Assembly (NCBI GenBank): GCA_010909165.1
Contig: VJWM01000287.1
Location: 1 to 64,000, forward strand
DNA from: Anthoceros angustus
Taxonomy: Eukaryota; Plantae; Anthocerotophyta
Direction: 5' to 3'
Length of the DNA stretch: 64,000 nt
Position numbers and translations under genes: made by a program
Notes under the pieces: generated by a model
Seen by the model: the letters and a program-made list of their open reading frames with translations, nothing else
Database searches by the model: none
What the model was told of the DNA's origin: nothing
Part shown: piece after piece, positions 38,597-50,469 of the stretch
How positions within the stretch are numbered: position 1 is the first letter of the stretch
Layout: the number at the start of each line of letters is the position of its first letter

Positions 38597-41359
38597 TATG
38601 CCCCTCCCGAGTGCTCTGGATGAACGATTTTTTGTTTTAAGAGTGTTTGTATAGCAGAGTGCTTTGAGAATCGCCTGGTAAGGTCTTTTATACGAGAATG
38701 GTCCTTGGCCCTTGGGATAATAATTTGTTTTTGAACCTTAGGTTTTAGGCCGGATAGGTAGGTGGAGAATGAATCCTTGGGTTTTGGTGATTTTAGAAAT
38801 AAGAAAGTGTCTATATATGTTAGGGTGCCTACACACCCGCGATGCGCGATCAAGCGGGAGGTAGCAGTTCCACCACGGTGGCGAAGCAGGGGCGTAGACC
38901 GGGGAGTTTACAACCCTAGTGGCGGGCGGGCGCGGGGCAGTCGGGCGCGGGACGGACACACCCACACCCTGCGGTCGGGCGGGCGTCGGGCGGGCTGCGG
39001 CAAGGCGGGCGCATGCAACCGCGCTGGCGGAGCCTCTGTTTTTATGCGGGAGCACGCGTCGATCGGGCAGCGGCGGTGGCGCGGAAAAAGAACAGTATGG
39101 CGAAGGAGGAAAAGAGACGAGGCAAGCGCGGTAGCAAAGTGGAGGAGGCGAGGGTGGTGTTCCTTTTACCGGCGTTTGCGGAGGTGGGTTCTTTTCTGAA
39201 GAACAAGGAGAAAGAGATGGCGCCCTGGCGAAATTTCCACCATGCGGTGGCCCAACATGGACCCTTTGGAAGGTGAGGCAGGCGACTGGTGCGAGCTGGT
39301 CTGGAATTTATGGAGATGAAATGGTGTTCTGACAGACATTGGTGCAAGAGTCGCCCGGAGAACCAAGTTGCAAGGGAGGCGAGGAAGAGGCCGCAAAACT
39401 GGATTTGGGACTCTTTTGGCGATGTATGGCGAGAAGCATCGGAGGATGGAAGCTTGGTAATTGAGAACCAAGTTGCAAGAGGGAGACGCGAGGAAGAGGC
39501 CGCAAAACTGGATTTGGGACTCTTTCGAGCAGCAGTATGGGCGAGAAGCATCGAGGATGGAAGCTTGGTAATTGACCCTGCAGAAAGAAGACCCCGAGAG
39601 CCGCAGCTACCGCGCCTGGAGAAGTGAGAGGAATGGATGGGTGACTCGCCAACTCGTATCTGCTTGGTGTGGGATTAGCCAAGTGGATTTTGTGTTTCTG
39701 CGAATCGGAAGTTGGATCATATGGCGGAGACCACTTCGGTCTTTCTTCATGAGGTGGTTAAAGGTACTCAAATCGATTGAGGCGGATGATCTTTGAAGAG
39801 CACATGAGGAGAGGCGAATTTGCTCTCCCTTCCCTCGACCCTCCTTGATTTCACCTTTTCTAATTCATGTGTTCGCGCATTAGGGTGTCTAGTTGGAAGG
39901 CATATGCGCCCTTCATAGCGGCCGGTCGGGGAACTCAAGGTAGAGGAGGAGGAGTGTAAGGAAGATTAGGGAAGGAGCCGCAGAAGAGGAACCCACACAC
40001 CTAGGGTCACCAGTCGAAATCGGCGGGGAGGAGTGAGGAGAAAATAAAAGGAAGCGACAAGTTGTGCCCTCTCGGTGCGGGGAGGAGTCGCCGCTAGGAG
40101 AGATTGGAGGCGGATGAGGAGATTGTGGCAAACCAACCCCTAGAAGAAGAGGTTAGTTGATAGCCAAGTCATGACGACTCGAACATTTTTGGCGACATTT
40201 CAGCCCGTGGAGTGACACGTTTGTGGTGCGAAGTGTTGTGGAAGGGAATGGGCACAGGGGCGGAATCTGGGCCTTGACTTGGCCATGGCTCGAGGCGGAT
40301 CTCCTCGACCAGCCGCCATGGCTCTCACTGGTGAGTGTGCGGGGAAGCAGGAAAAGTTGCTCAAGGAGAAGTTGGAGGCACAGGCGAGAACAAGGTGGCA
40401 GAGGAGCGCAGACGGGAATGCGAGGCGGCCCTATGCAAGGCACAGGAGCAGCTAAGGGCCATGTCCACCCAACAGGAGGCCTTAGTGAATCAGGTCAAGG
40501 GGGCGCATGCCACAATCGAGGAGCTTCAAGATGAGGTCTCGCGAGCCCAGGAACAAATGGAAACAATGGCGCCTCTGGAGAAATTCAAGAAGCTGGCGGA
40601 GAGATATAAGCGAGAGAGATGAAGCTAGGGCCGAGTCAAGAGAGAGGTGGCCAAAGCAGAAGGCGAGCCACGGCGCATGATGGCAGAAGCCACCACCGTG
40701 GAAACTACCACCACGGTGGCTAAACCGGCCACCGTCGCGGAAGGAGGAACCGAGGTGGGGAAGTCACCGCAGGCTGCAGTGGGGATCTGATCCCCACAGA
40801 TTCGGGCGGCCCGGCTCGGGATTGTCCACGGAGGAGAGGTAAGAACCTCTGTCGAAGGCGTATTGTGCTACTCGGCGTCGGATGAGGATGCTCATGTCCA
40901 CAGCCACGCATGGTGGCGGTGCTCACTCTAAATGTGTATGTGGTTGTTGGGACAGAGGGGCGTAAACTATTGGCGCACATCTTGGCCGCCCACAGGCGTT
41001 TACGATGGTTCTTCGAGCAGGGCGGGGCCTACCCCAAGTGGTGATCGAGGAAATGGCGGCGGAGCTTGAGCGTGGAGGGAGGAGCACACGGTGTGGCTGT
41101 CCGGCGATGAGGAGGCGGAATACAGCCTAGGGCCTATAGGCGCAGCGCCCATGGGAAGGCAGAAAGCTATGGCGGTGGAGGTGGAGGTTTTGGGGAGAAT
41201 CGCTCGGATCGTGGCGGAGGCGAGGCGGCAGGAACCCCAAGCCGGCTAAGCAAGACGCGCTGATTTTAGGAGAGCGCGACATCATAGGCCAGAGGCTTCT
41301 TTTTGGGGTAGGGGATAGGATGTTTTGAGGACCCGTGGCGCTGTAGTTTCCTGAATTGG

Positions 41360-43915
41360 TAGGAGCGCTCGTGGTAGTGGGCCATATTTTCTAGACACTG
41401 GTAGGAGTGAGCTGTGGAAATCCACAGCTGAATGTATAAGAGACCCTTGAGAGTCTCTCCTAACAGACAATTTCAGGTGTGAACTTCCGTGTGTTGAAGC
41501 TATGCGCGAGGTTGATTGGAGACGTCTGATCAGCATCAAACTCGTTCGATGCACCGCCTTCTCGTCACAAGAAGGCCGGGAAGATCCCTGGATGGTCGAG
41601 GCGGAGTGGCCAAGCTCACGCACAGGGGTGTGAAGGTGGTGGCCGGAAAAGAGGTAGGAATTGCGGAAGGCGGAGGAGGCGGAGGCGGATCGCCAAGGTT
41701 TCTTTCTGATCCTCTTTCCCATTCTGCGCCACGTGTTTATTCCATAGAGTGCATGTGGCCCAAGGAGGGGTCTGTGGCCCAAGGAGGTGTGGCCAAGGAG
41801 GGGTCTGTGGCCCAGGAGGGGTCTGTGGCCCAAGGAGGGGTCTGTGTGGAAGGAGGTCTGTGGAGGAGGGGTCTGTGGCCCAGGAGGTCTGTGAGGAGGG
41901 GTCTGTGTGGCCCAAGGAGGGGTCTGTGGCCCGTGAGGCGAAGGGGAGTGCATTAAGAAGAAAGGTTCAGGAAGGATGAGTCTTGTAGTGAGGGATTGTG
42001 AGAGTGTGTGAGGGAAATCGGAAATGCGTAAGTGGTGAGGGGAAGCGTGCGGTGGAATCGCAGAAATTCCTAGAGGTAGAGGGAGGTGTATATAGGTGTC
42101 TGTATGCCCATAGCCCCCAAGGTCTGCGCCAGAGGAGCCGGTGACAAATAGACCCCCGCGACAGGCGGCGCGCTGTGGTGGGACCCGCCACAGTGGCTGA
42201 ACCGGCCACTGTGGTGGCCGAATCTACCACGGTGGTGGGTTTGGGTAAGGTAGCTGGAGAGGGTGGGGTAGCGAGCGACGGGGTAGGTCCACAATCCATA
42301 GATTTAGAACACCTTGACACAAAACTATTCCCTTGGGATCGAATCCTAGGACTATAACGACATAGAGGGTAAATGTGGCCTCTTTAAGTCTTCGGATGCA
42401 AAATCCATTCCACGGCCTCGGCGATTACGGCAGCGAAGAGCCACCCCAGCGCGGCAGACATTTGCGGAGTGGCGGAGGTCATTCTTCCAAGCAACCTCGC
42501 GGCGGTTCTCGCACTCTCGCGCGACACCCGGCTCTCGGTATCTTTCGGCTCGGGCGCACCCTCACGCGCGGATCGACTTTGCGGAGGAGGCAGCGCGGCG
42601 GAGGAGCGATAGATTGTTGACCCTCAAGTCCCAACAATGAACAAAAGGAGCGCCGTGGTAGTGGGCCATATTTTCTAGACACCGGTAGGAGTGGAACCAC
42701 AACCGAATGTATAAGAGACCCTTGAGAGTCTCTCCAATGCATAATTGTGTGAACTTCCGTGTGTTGAAGCTATGCGCGAGGTTGATTGGAGACGTCGATC
42801 AAGATCAAACTGCTCGATGCACCGCCTTCACACAAGAAGGCCGGAAGATCCTCGGATGGTCGAGAGCGGAGTGGCCAAGCTCCACGCCTGGGTGACGGGC
42901 ACGCACGAAAAAGAGGTAGGAATTGCCGCGGAAGGCGGAGGCCGCCGAAGGCGGATCGCCCAAGCACCGACCGGGTTCTTCCCGATCCTTTCCCGACCGC
43001 CGCCACTGTGTGTTTATTCCACTAGAGTCAGCCCAAGGAGGGGTCTGTGGCCCAAGGAGGGGTCTGTGGTGGCCCAAGGAGGGGTCTGTGGCCCAAGGAG
43101 GGGTCTGTGCCCAAGGAGGGGTCTGTGGCCAAGGAGGGGGTCCCCAAGGAGGGGTCTGTGGCCCAAGGAGGGGTGAAGGAGGGGTCTGTGGTGGAGAAGG
43201 GAGTGCATTAAGAAGAAAGGTTCAAGGGGTAGATGAGTGCTACTGTGAGGGATTGTGAGTGTGTGAGGGAAATCGAAATGCGTAAGTGGAGGGGAAGCGC
43301 GTGGAATCGCAGAAATTCCTAGAGGTAGAGGGAGGTGTATAGGTGTTCAGATGCCCATAGCCCCAAGGTCCGCGCGAGGAGCCGTGACAACAGACTCGCG
43401 ACAAAGCGCTGGCTGGTAGGGACCCGCCATATTGAACCGCCACTGGTGGCCGAATCTACCACGGTGGTGGGTTTGGGTAAGGTAGCTCGAGAGGGTGGGG
43501 TAGTGAGCGACGGGGTAGGTCCACAATCCATAGATTTAGAACACCTTGACACAAAACTATTCCCTTGGGATCGAATCCTAGGACTATAACGACATAGAGG
43601 GTAAATGTGGCCTCTTTGCGTCTTCGGATGCAAAAATCCATTCCACAAGCAGCCTCGACCACGGCAGAAGAGCCACCCTTCCGCCGCATATTTTCTGACG
43701 GAGTGGACCGGGGCGGAGGTCATTCTTCCAAGCAACCTCGCGGCGGTTCTCGCACTCTCTCGCGCTCAGACACCCGGCTCTCTGGCGTTGTCTTTTCGAA
43801 GGCCAGCACCCTCACGCGGATCGACTTTGCGGAGGAGCGACATCATAGGCCGAGGCGGAGGAGCGATAGATTGTTGACCCTCAAGTCCCAACAGCGGAAC
43901 AAAAGGAGCGCGGTG
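41360..43915 (+). repeat. ~1.28-kb internal tandem duplication, each unit with a 19-bp gcccaaggaggggtctgtg array
   Basis: 41360-42645 is similar to 42646-43915. Arrays at 41755-41935 and 43030-43195. Confidence 0.92.
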
Positions 43916-44579
43916 ATGGGACCCAAGAAAGCGCCGGAGGTGTGGGAGCCATGACGCTTGGTGGAGCGCAACATCGTCACCAAGCGCTACCCAGACTTCG
44001 GTCCTTGGCTGGAGGAGGCGGAGGAGCTGGTGGAGGAATGGCACCGGATATTTTCCAGCTGCTCTGACAGACGTCACCTTAGTCCGAGAGGAAGATGCTG
44101 GCGGCCAACAAGGAGGTCTCAAGAACTCGGGAGGACCCGGAGGTGGACCGTGGAGGTTCCCGAGGCGGTCTACAACCGCCCAGTGGAGGAAGTAGGGGGA
44201 GTAGTACCGGAGCCCCTGAAGGTGAAGGGGAAGGTGGAAGCGGCCAGAGCAGCCCTTTTGCGAGAACTAATAGCATATCGTGCCGGGGCGTTTTCGATTT
44301 AGGTATTAATTTGGACGTTATTAGTGAATGGACACAAGCAGACGGTTACTTCCTAAGTAACGCTTGGGCAGAGCCAAGAGCATATACATTATGTACATCA
44401 TTCTGAATTGCCAATTCAATCTAATCTAGCTTCTAAGATTCTGTGGCTCGGTCTTCGTACCGCAACAGAGGCACACAGACCCTAGGCAGCAGAAGAAGGT
44501 GTGCGCGCACTGAGGCTTCCTCAGCGCATTCAGGAGCATCCATCCGCGGCCGGCGCCCGATGTCCATCACTATTGCAGG

Positions 44580-45469
44580 GTGACCAGCGTGGTGGATAGC
44601 TTGAAGGAAGTGGTGGAGACGAATTTTGCCTGGTTTCATTGCTGCAAGCACGGGCCGCCGAGCCACCAGGATCCCGATTGCCAAAAGGAGAGATCCAGAA
44701 TGCTGCTGCGTAAGGAGGTTCTCCGCGAGGGACTGAAGGGATCTCCTAGGCGGATTTTGTGCATCGGGCACAATCTGGGGGGAGCCTTGGCCACTCTGGG
44801 AGCTGCATGGCGCTCGACTACCTTGGTCGAGGAGGGAGCTTTCAGGCACTCTAGGGTGCACTGCATCACGATCGGGTCTCCCAAGGTTGGAAACGGCGTG
44901 TTTGCCGAGGCCTGGGAGGACTTGCTCTGTGGAGGGAAACCTGGAAAGGGTTCCATGAGGGGCACGGCAATGGGAGCTTGACATACCGGATTGTGAACGC
45001 CATGGATCCCGTCCCGAGCTCCCCCCCTTCTAAGATCAAGTTCTACGACAACAAGCATGTTGGACAACAGGTTTACTTGGAGCGGCGGGTGGAGGACTGG
45101 ACTGTGAATGTTATTCCACACGTCGACACGGACCGACCCTGGCAGAATAATGGTTCTATGATTGATCACATGTAGTGGCACTACACTGCTGCGACGGTTG
45201 CAGCAGAAACGTTGGCATCCCAGCGCATGAAAGATGACAGGGGAGGACTCCGAACCTGGTATTCTCGGTTCAAGAAGCAGTTGGATTTGTGGGCAGTTAG
45301 GAAGATGTTTATGCACGTTTTGCAACTGGATCTTTCGTTGCCGGAACATTTCTGGTTGATGTTTGTGTCGTGGGGGTTTGTCATCGTTCTGATGTCTTTG
45401 GTATCGCTATGTTGGCTCACCCGATGTCTTTGGTATCGCTATGTTGGCTCGCCTTGTTTTGCATCATGA
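44580..45469 (+). pseudogene. Class 3 lipase-like pseudogene with a C-terminal hydrophobic helix
   Basis: GHNLGGALATL, CITIGSPKVGN, YRIVNAMDPVP, DHM. Frameshift at ~44980 and in-frame TAG at 45173. Confidence 0.85.
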
Positions 45470-47015
45470 CCTTCCTCCTTCCAGCCGTTTCGCTTTGTGT
45501 TGTGTTGGACTTTGCTGTGTGTCCAAATGGCTTAGGCCAAATGGACACACATGTATAAGGACGCCGTGATTAAGCATCCTGAGCTTGGATCGGTACTTAG
45601 ATGGGGTGCCCAAAGAGAGTGGATGACCTTGGTGCAAGTAGCTTAGGCACACCATGGTACAAGTTGTTAAGTACCAAGTCCCATGAGGAAATCCGTCCTT
45701 AGTGGACTTAAATAAAATTCTTCTTTTTTCTTCATTATTGTTCCCATTGCATCTGCTTTTTCCATCCATGGAACCACAAGCTGAGCAACTTGAGCCTTGC
45801 TGTTCTGTTAGCGGAATTAACGGTGATCACGTACGAGGCTGCTTGGGTTGGTTTGTAAGCTCCTGCAAATGGTCGTCGACCTTTACTGAGCACTGGAGCT
45901 CGTGTCGACAAATCGAGCTGTAGACTGTGGCTTGTGTAGAATCAAGCTCTGCTGCTGCTCATTTATAGTTGAGCTGCGCTGCTGCCCATGTAGAATCGAG
46001 CTGTGCTATTGCTCCTAGCATATCCGAGCGCCTCCTAATGTTTCATGCATCCAGATGTGCTGCTCCTCATGTATCATCCAGCCCCGTTTGTGCCATACTA
46101 GAGAGCTTTCTGCTACTCCTCGAGCTCAAAGGCCGTAAGCAAATGTTTTGTTTTTGTGGTGGAAAGCTATACTCGATGGATGGAGGCCAGGGGCCGGTAT
46201 TTACAAGATTCTCTAGCACGGTGATGTCAAATACCGGGGGCCTCTCTAACACAGGTGATGTCGTAAGAATCTTGGAAGCCTTGAACCGTCCGAGACCAAC
46301 GGCCGAGAAGCTGGGTCACCTGGAGAAAAAGTGTGAATTCTCGAGTGAGAAGATTGTGGAGAACTTCCATCGCGCCAAAGGAAGGCCGAACACGTTGAGC
46401 ACATGTCGGAAAGGGACTCGTCGTACTTGCTTTCTCCGAGAAGGCGCTCCGACTCTAGCTGTGCTTAGAGGAGATCGTCGAGGGCGGATTTGGATAGGTG
46501 ACTCTGGAGCTTTAGGGAAAAGCTGGAGCCAGGACAGACAGGCTAGGGCCGAGGGGTGGAGGCCAGGGGAGGAGGACCTGTCGAGTGAGAAGGAGAAAGC
46601 AGGGCAAAGGGAGTGGGGATGGAGGGCGTAGAGCCAAAGCGAGGGGATCGAGGGAGAGGAAATCGGGAACTGAGATGACGGGATTAGCGGGGACAGTCTC
46701 AAAGGGCCCCTCAACCATAAACATCGACACGTGATCAAAAGGAGGTGATGGTAGGATGCGATGCCAGGGGGATGGCCAACCTGGAGATCTAAAGGGCCTC
46801 CTCGAGGGCGAGGCAGGACCGAGGCCTGGTGAGATATCATCAGAGCGGATTGATTGAAAGAGGGAGGCGAACCTGATCGGGTGGAGAGGTAGGGCCGCGT
46901 GGGGCAGGAGGGCTGCTGTCCCGGGTAGGCTAGTCTCATCAAACTATACTTTATTCTTCAAAAAATTCATTGTGAACAAAATTTGGAAGTCATAAAGAGA
47001 CAAAAAACAATATGG

Positions 47016-48479
47016 TCAACATTGAACATTTAGTGCTCTAGGCTCAAAGAGCATCATCTGTCTGGTCCTAGGAGTCTTGAAACTACAGAACAAGGTGTCC
47101 CACTTGGCAGTGGGGATGTGGAAAGCATCCACCCGCTGCACACTTCTGATGGGGCCATGGAATTCAAGAGAAACCCATATGTGATCTCCCGCCAGGCCCA
47201 CCTGATCATCCCACCAGTTGTCATCGAGCGTCCAGCCTTGGTAACGAGGGCCTGGAGGCTGCATGGACACAGGCAGGACGGAAGGAGGACCCCAAGCAGA
47301 CATGTCCCGCGCAAGCTTGCTGATCCCCAGCATCCGATGACGATCCGCAGCCTGGTACTGGACAGCCATATACACATCTCCCTTGTGCTCACACAAGAGA
47401 AGACACTGAACAAGCTGGAACGGCTCTGGATGGCGTATGCCTACGGCCAATGGAACGGGAGGAAATCCTGAGCTGGCTTCCCCTAGCCGCTTCCCCTCGA
47501 GGTCGTAGACAAGTAAAATACCTGACAAATGGTGGCCGTAAATGAGGTCGTTGGAGCCCACAGTCCAGATCCAGCCCTGCACAATGTCGAGCGCGGTGTG
47601 ATGCTCCCAGCCTCCACGAACCCAAGCTCCAGTCTTGGACGAGTAGATAGCCAGCGCCCACCGCCGGTGCACGTCTACATGGTCAAAAAAACTAGCGAGA
47701 ACCGCAATCACCTTGAAGTGGGTGGGAGAGTCAGGATCCACCATGAGGAACGGCATACCAACCCTCAGAAAGTAGAAAGGGCCGTCAGGACTCAGGAAGT
47801 CAGGCACCATCGCCCAGGACCTCGTAAACGGGTTTATCACATGCAGCCCTGTGCCCTGTCCCGTAAGCACCATGATCAGCCCGTCCTGCGAGAACCGAAC
47901 ATCCGGTAAGTCCCCCAACGAGGCTGGAGGTCGCAGCAGGTTCTCCGGGCAGAATGAGAGATCGAGGGGACTGCTCCTCACGTCCCGCGTCATCCCCCAA
48001 AGCGCCTCGGTGTGATTGAGTAGCCCAGCAGCTCGCAGCTCCGTAAAGGGGTCCTCCAATGGTGAGCCCCTCCTGGAGTATACCCGACTGTAGGCAAACG
48101 CGAAGATGACAGAACCTGAAGAGTCTGAGAGGGACGGAGGAATGGCATGTCGCAGACGCTTCCAGTTCTCTGTCAGCCTCTTCTTCCACTTCCTGGACAC
48201 AGCGAGGATTCGCAACTGTGCCTGCAAAGGACAATTGAGGAACACCTTCTCCAGAATCTCTTCTGGAAGATTGGCTGCGACCGCAGGAAAAAGCTCCTCC
48301 TCCCCATCCGCACCCGGAATCCTGACGTCTCCACTCAATGCTCCCTGAATCCGGTAAAGAGTAATACTGGACCTCCGGCCCTGGCGAGGCCAGGGCCTCT
48401 CCAGACTTGGCAGTCGGACAACGTCGCGGTCGGGTGGCGGAGGCGCAACCTCGGGCTCCGAATCCTTCACTCGCTGCAT
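47016..48479 (-). CDS. F-box protein with a C-terminal beta-rich (kelch/FBA-like) region
   Basis: Uninterrupted 487 aa from ATG 48479. F-box LPEEILEKVFLNCP...VSRKWK, plus VINPFTRSW..P, FKVI and IYSSKTGAW. Likely 5'UTR intron 48561-48735. Confidence 0.92.
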   Translation of the reverse strand: MQRVKDSEPEVAPPPPDRDVVRLPSLERPWPRQGRRSSITLYRIQGALSGDVRIPGADGEEELFPAVAANLPEEILEKVFLNCPLQAQLRILAVSRKWKKRLTENWKRLRHAIPPSLSDSSGSVIFAFAYSRVYSRRGSPLEDPFTELRAAGLLNHTEALWGMTRDVRSSPLDLSFCPENLLRPPASLGDLPDVRFSQDGLIMVLTGQGTGLHVINPFTRSWAMVPDFLSPDGPFYFLRVGMPFLMVDPDSPTHFKVIAVLASFFDHVDVHRRWALAIYSSKTGAWVRGGWEHHTALDIVQGWIWTVGSNDLIYGHHLSGILLVYDLEGKRLGEASSGFPPVPLAVGIRHPEPFQLVQCLLLCEHKGDVYMAVQYQAADRHRMLGISKLARDMSAWGPPSVLPVSMQPPGPRYQGWTLDDNWWDDQVGLAGDHIWVSLEFHGPIRSVQRVDAFHIPTAKWDTLFCSFKTPRTRQMMLFEPRALNVQC

Positions 48480-50194
48480 TGCTCTCCTGCAAGGCTCAAG
48501 CACACCAAAACCTGGATTCAGAAAAACTCCTTGGCTAGATTGATCAACAAATCCTTCCAGCTGCAGTTAGCAGAAATTTAACATCTATCCAAACCTACTC
48601 AAGACAAACTTGCTGCATTGCGACCAGCCGCGACCAAGCGACGCTAGCTGCAAGCTCCTACCCAGAAACACACGAATTGGAAGGAGCAGGATTGATATCA
48701 CAGAAGCAGCAGCCGCAGTTGGAAGCAATGCTAACCTAGGGCCTTCCATCAACGGAAGGCAGCAAGCGGAGGCCTAGGCCGGCGCGATCAATTCCACTTA
48801 TTGAGGAAAGGCAGGGCACGGCGCGGCATGGCACGGCAGGCAGTGAAGCGAGCTTATGCAGCTTGGGAGGGGAGGCGGGACCGGCTGGGTAGAGCTGCTC
48901 CACAGCCAGTAAGCAGCAAGGCAAGATGCGCGGGAGGAACAGGACGAGCGGACGAGCAGGACGAGCTCAGCAAGATGATGAACCTCGAAGAGAGAAGCGC
49001 CCGCAAATTGAAGCACCCGAAACCCACCATGCTGGCAGACGCACGGACCTGCAACGACAGCAGTAACAGTAAAAGCAGCAGCAGGGCTCGCTCTAGGGCT
49101 GTCAGAAGCACTGGACAGCCATGGAGCTCGCCGATCGGCAGCAGGCCGTGGCCTCAGGTTCGAAGGAAGTGAGGTGGGCGCTGGCGCGGGAAGGACGACC
49201 AGGTGCTCACACAGATTAATCAGGTACAAAACTCCCGCTTGGGGTCCGACTCACACAGTTTACAGCCCTGGTCGCGCTGCCCTAAAAAACAAAAAAACAA
49301 AGGGCCCGCAGGCAGACGCGGGGCCCGCCACCTCCAAGGCATGGTGACTCACCATCCCTCTCTCTCTCCTCGCACTCTCTCGCCTTAGCCCCATTCCCAT
49401 CCGCCTCTACCCGTCAGGGCAGATTCGCCTCAACCTGCTCTTATGGCACCTCTGATTGAGCGACAGGAAGTGAGGACGTCAGACTCTGACGATCTCGGTG
49501 GTAGCTGGAGCGTGCCCAGGGGCTGACAGTGCATGCGCATGGCCTGCCGTGCTGCTCGCCTTTGCAATCCCCGCACAGGGGCGCCGAGAACCAAAACGAC
49601 TTGTTCCTCGCAACCCCGTCTCACCTCGGCTGCACCCTGCCATGGCTCCTCCTGGCCCTCACCCAATCTCATGTCAACGTTGTTTGTTTGTGCACTCAAA
49701 CAAAACCTAACCTGAAAGGTTTTTTAAACTTCCGTGAAAACCACTTAAGTATTCACAAGCACATTAGTTCATAAACCCAGGGGCCTGTCAAGAGTGAATC
49801 TGAAGAAACTTTCATTGTGCTCACTCAGCACCTTAATTCTGTGTGTAGGTGTGGGTCCTTTGGTACTTCTCATTTTTACTCCAGGTGTTTCAAGCATTTT
49901 TACAAGTGAAGCTCAACTTGAAAACTCCTTAGTAGTTCATAACATGATCATTTTAAAGATAATCAATCATAGAGGTACCAATTTATTCTAATATTACGTG
50001 CATGTATATATCATGTAGTCTATATGCACAAATTAGGTAGTCTGCATGATGCACCGGCGCATATCCCGTAGTCTATTCGTCCGTATGACGCACATCACAT
50101 TGACTTTACCTGTAACCTTTATAAAGTTAAAGAGTGTTCTCGCGCTTTAAGAAGTGTCCCTAAGGAATCTCACGCGCCCAATGAATGGGTCGAG

Positions 50195-50450
50195 ATAAAA
50201 AGAAGCAAAGAAAGACATTGTCCTTCAGAGTACGAAGAGGCACAGGCTATGAACATTCAAGAGGACAATTTCCTTTATCCTTCAGATGCAGAAGGCACCT
50301 AGGGCATCCCGGCTTGAAGAAACAGAGAAAGACATTGTCCTTCAAAGTCGGAAGAGGCGCAGGCTATGAGCATTCAAGAGGACAATTTCCTTTGTCTTTC
50401 TGATCCAAAAGGCATAGCCTCTGAGTATTCAAGAGGACAATGTCCTATGT
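50195..50450. repeat. ~119-bp direct repeat, 2.3 copies
   Basis: gaaagacattgtccttc...ggctatga.cattcaagaggacaatttccttt. Confidence 0.85.
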
Positions 50451-50469
50451 GTGATAAGGTTTATCTGAA

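Larger units (their letters stand above)
38141..44400 (-). mobile_element. Orphan-ORF element copy B (X terminus, PPT, long internal region, 5' part of ORF on + strand)
   Basis: 43660-44250 is colinear with the reverse complement of 35130-35670 (RYPDFGPW, MLAANKEV). Second coiled-coil ORF piece at 40335-40622. Confidence 0.7.

Noticed and set aside
1-44400. Hammerhead ribozyme (retrozyme) or DIRS tyrosine recombinase in the non-autonomous element
   Set aside because: No CTGATGA...GAAA core with stems and no recombinase motifs seen by eye; an Infernal/HMM search is needed to exclude them fully.
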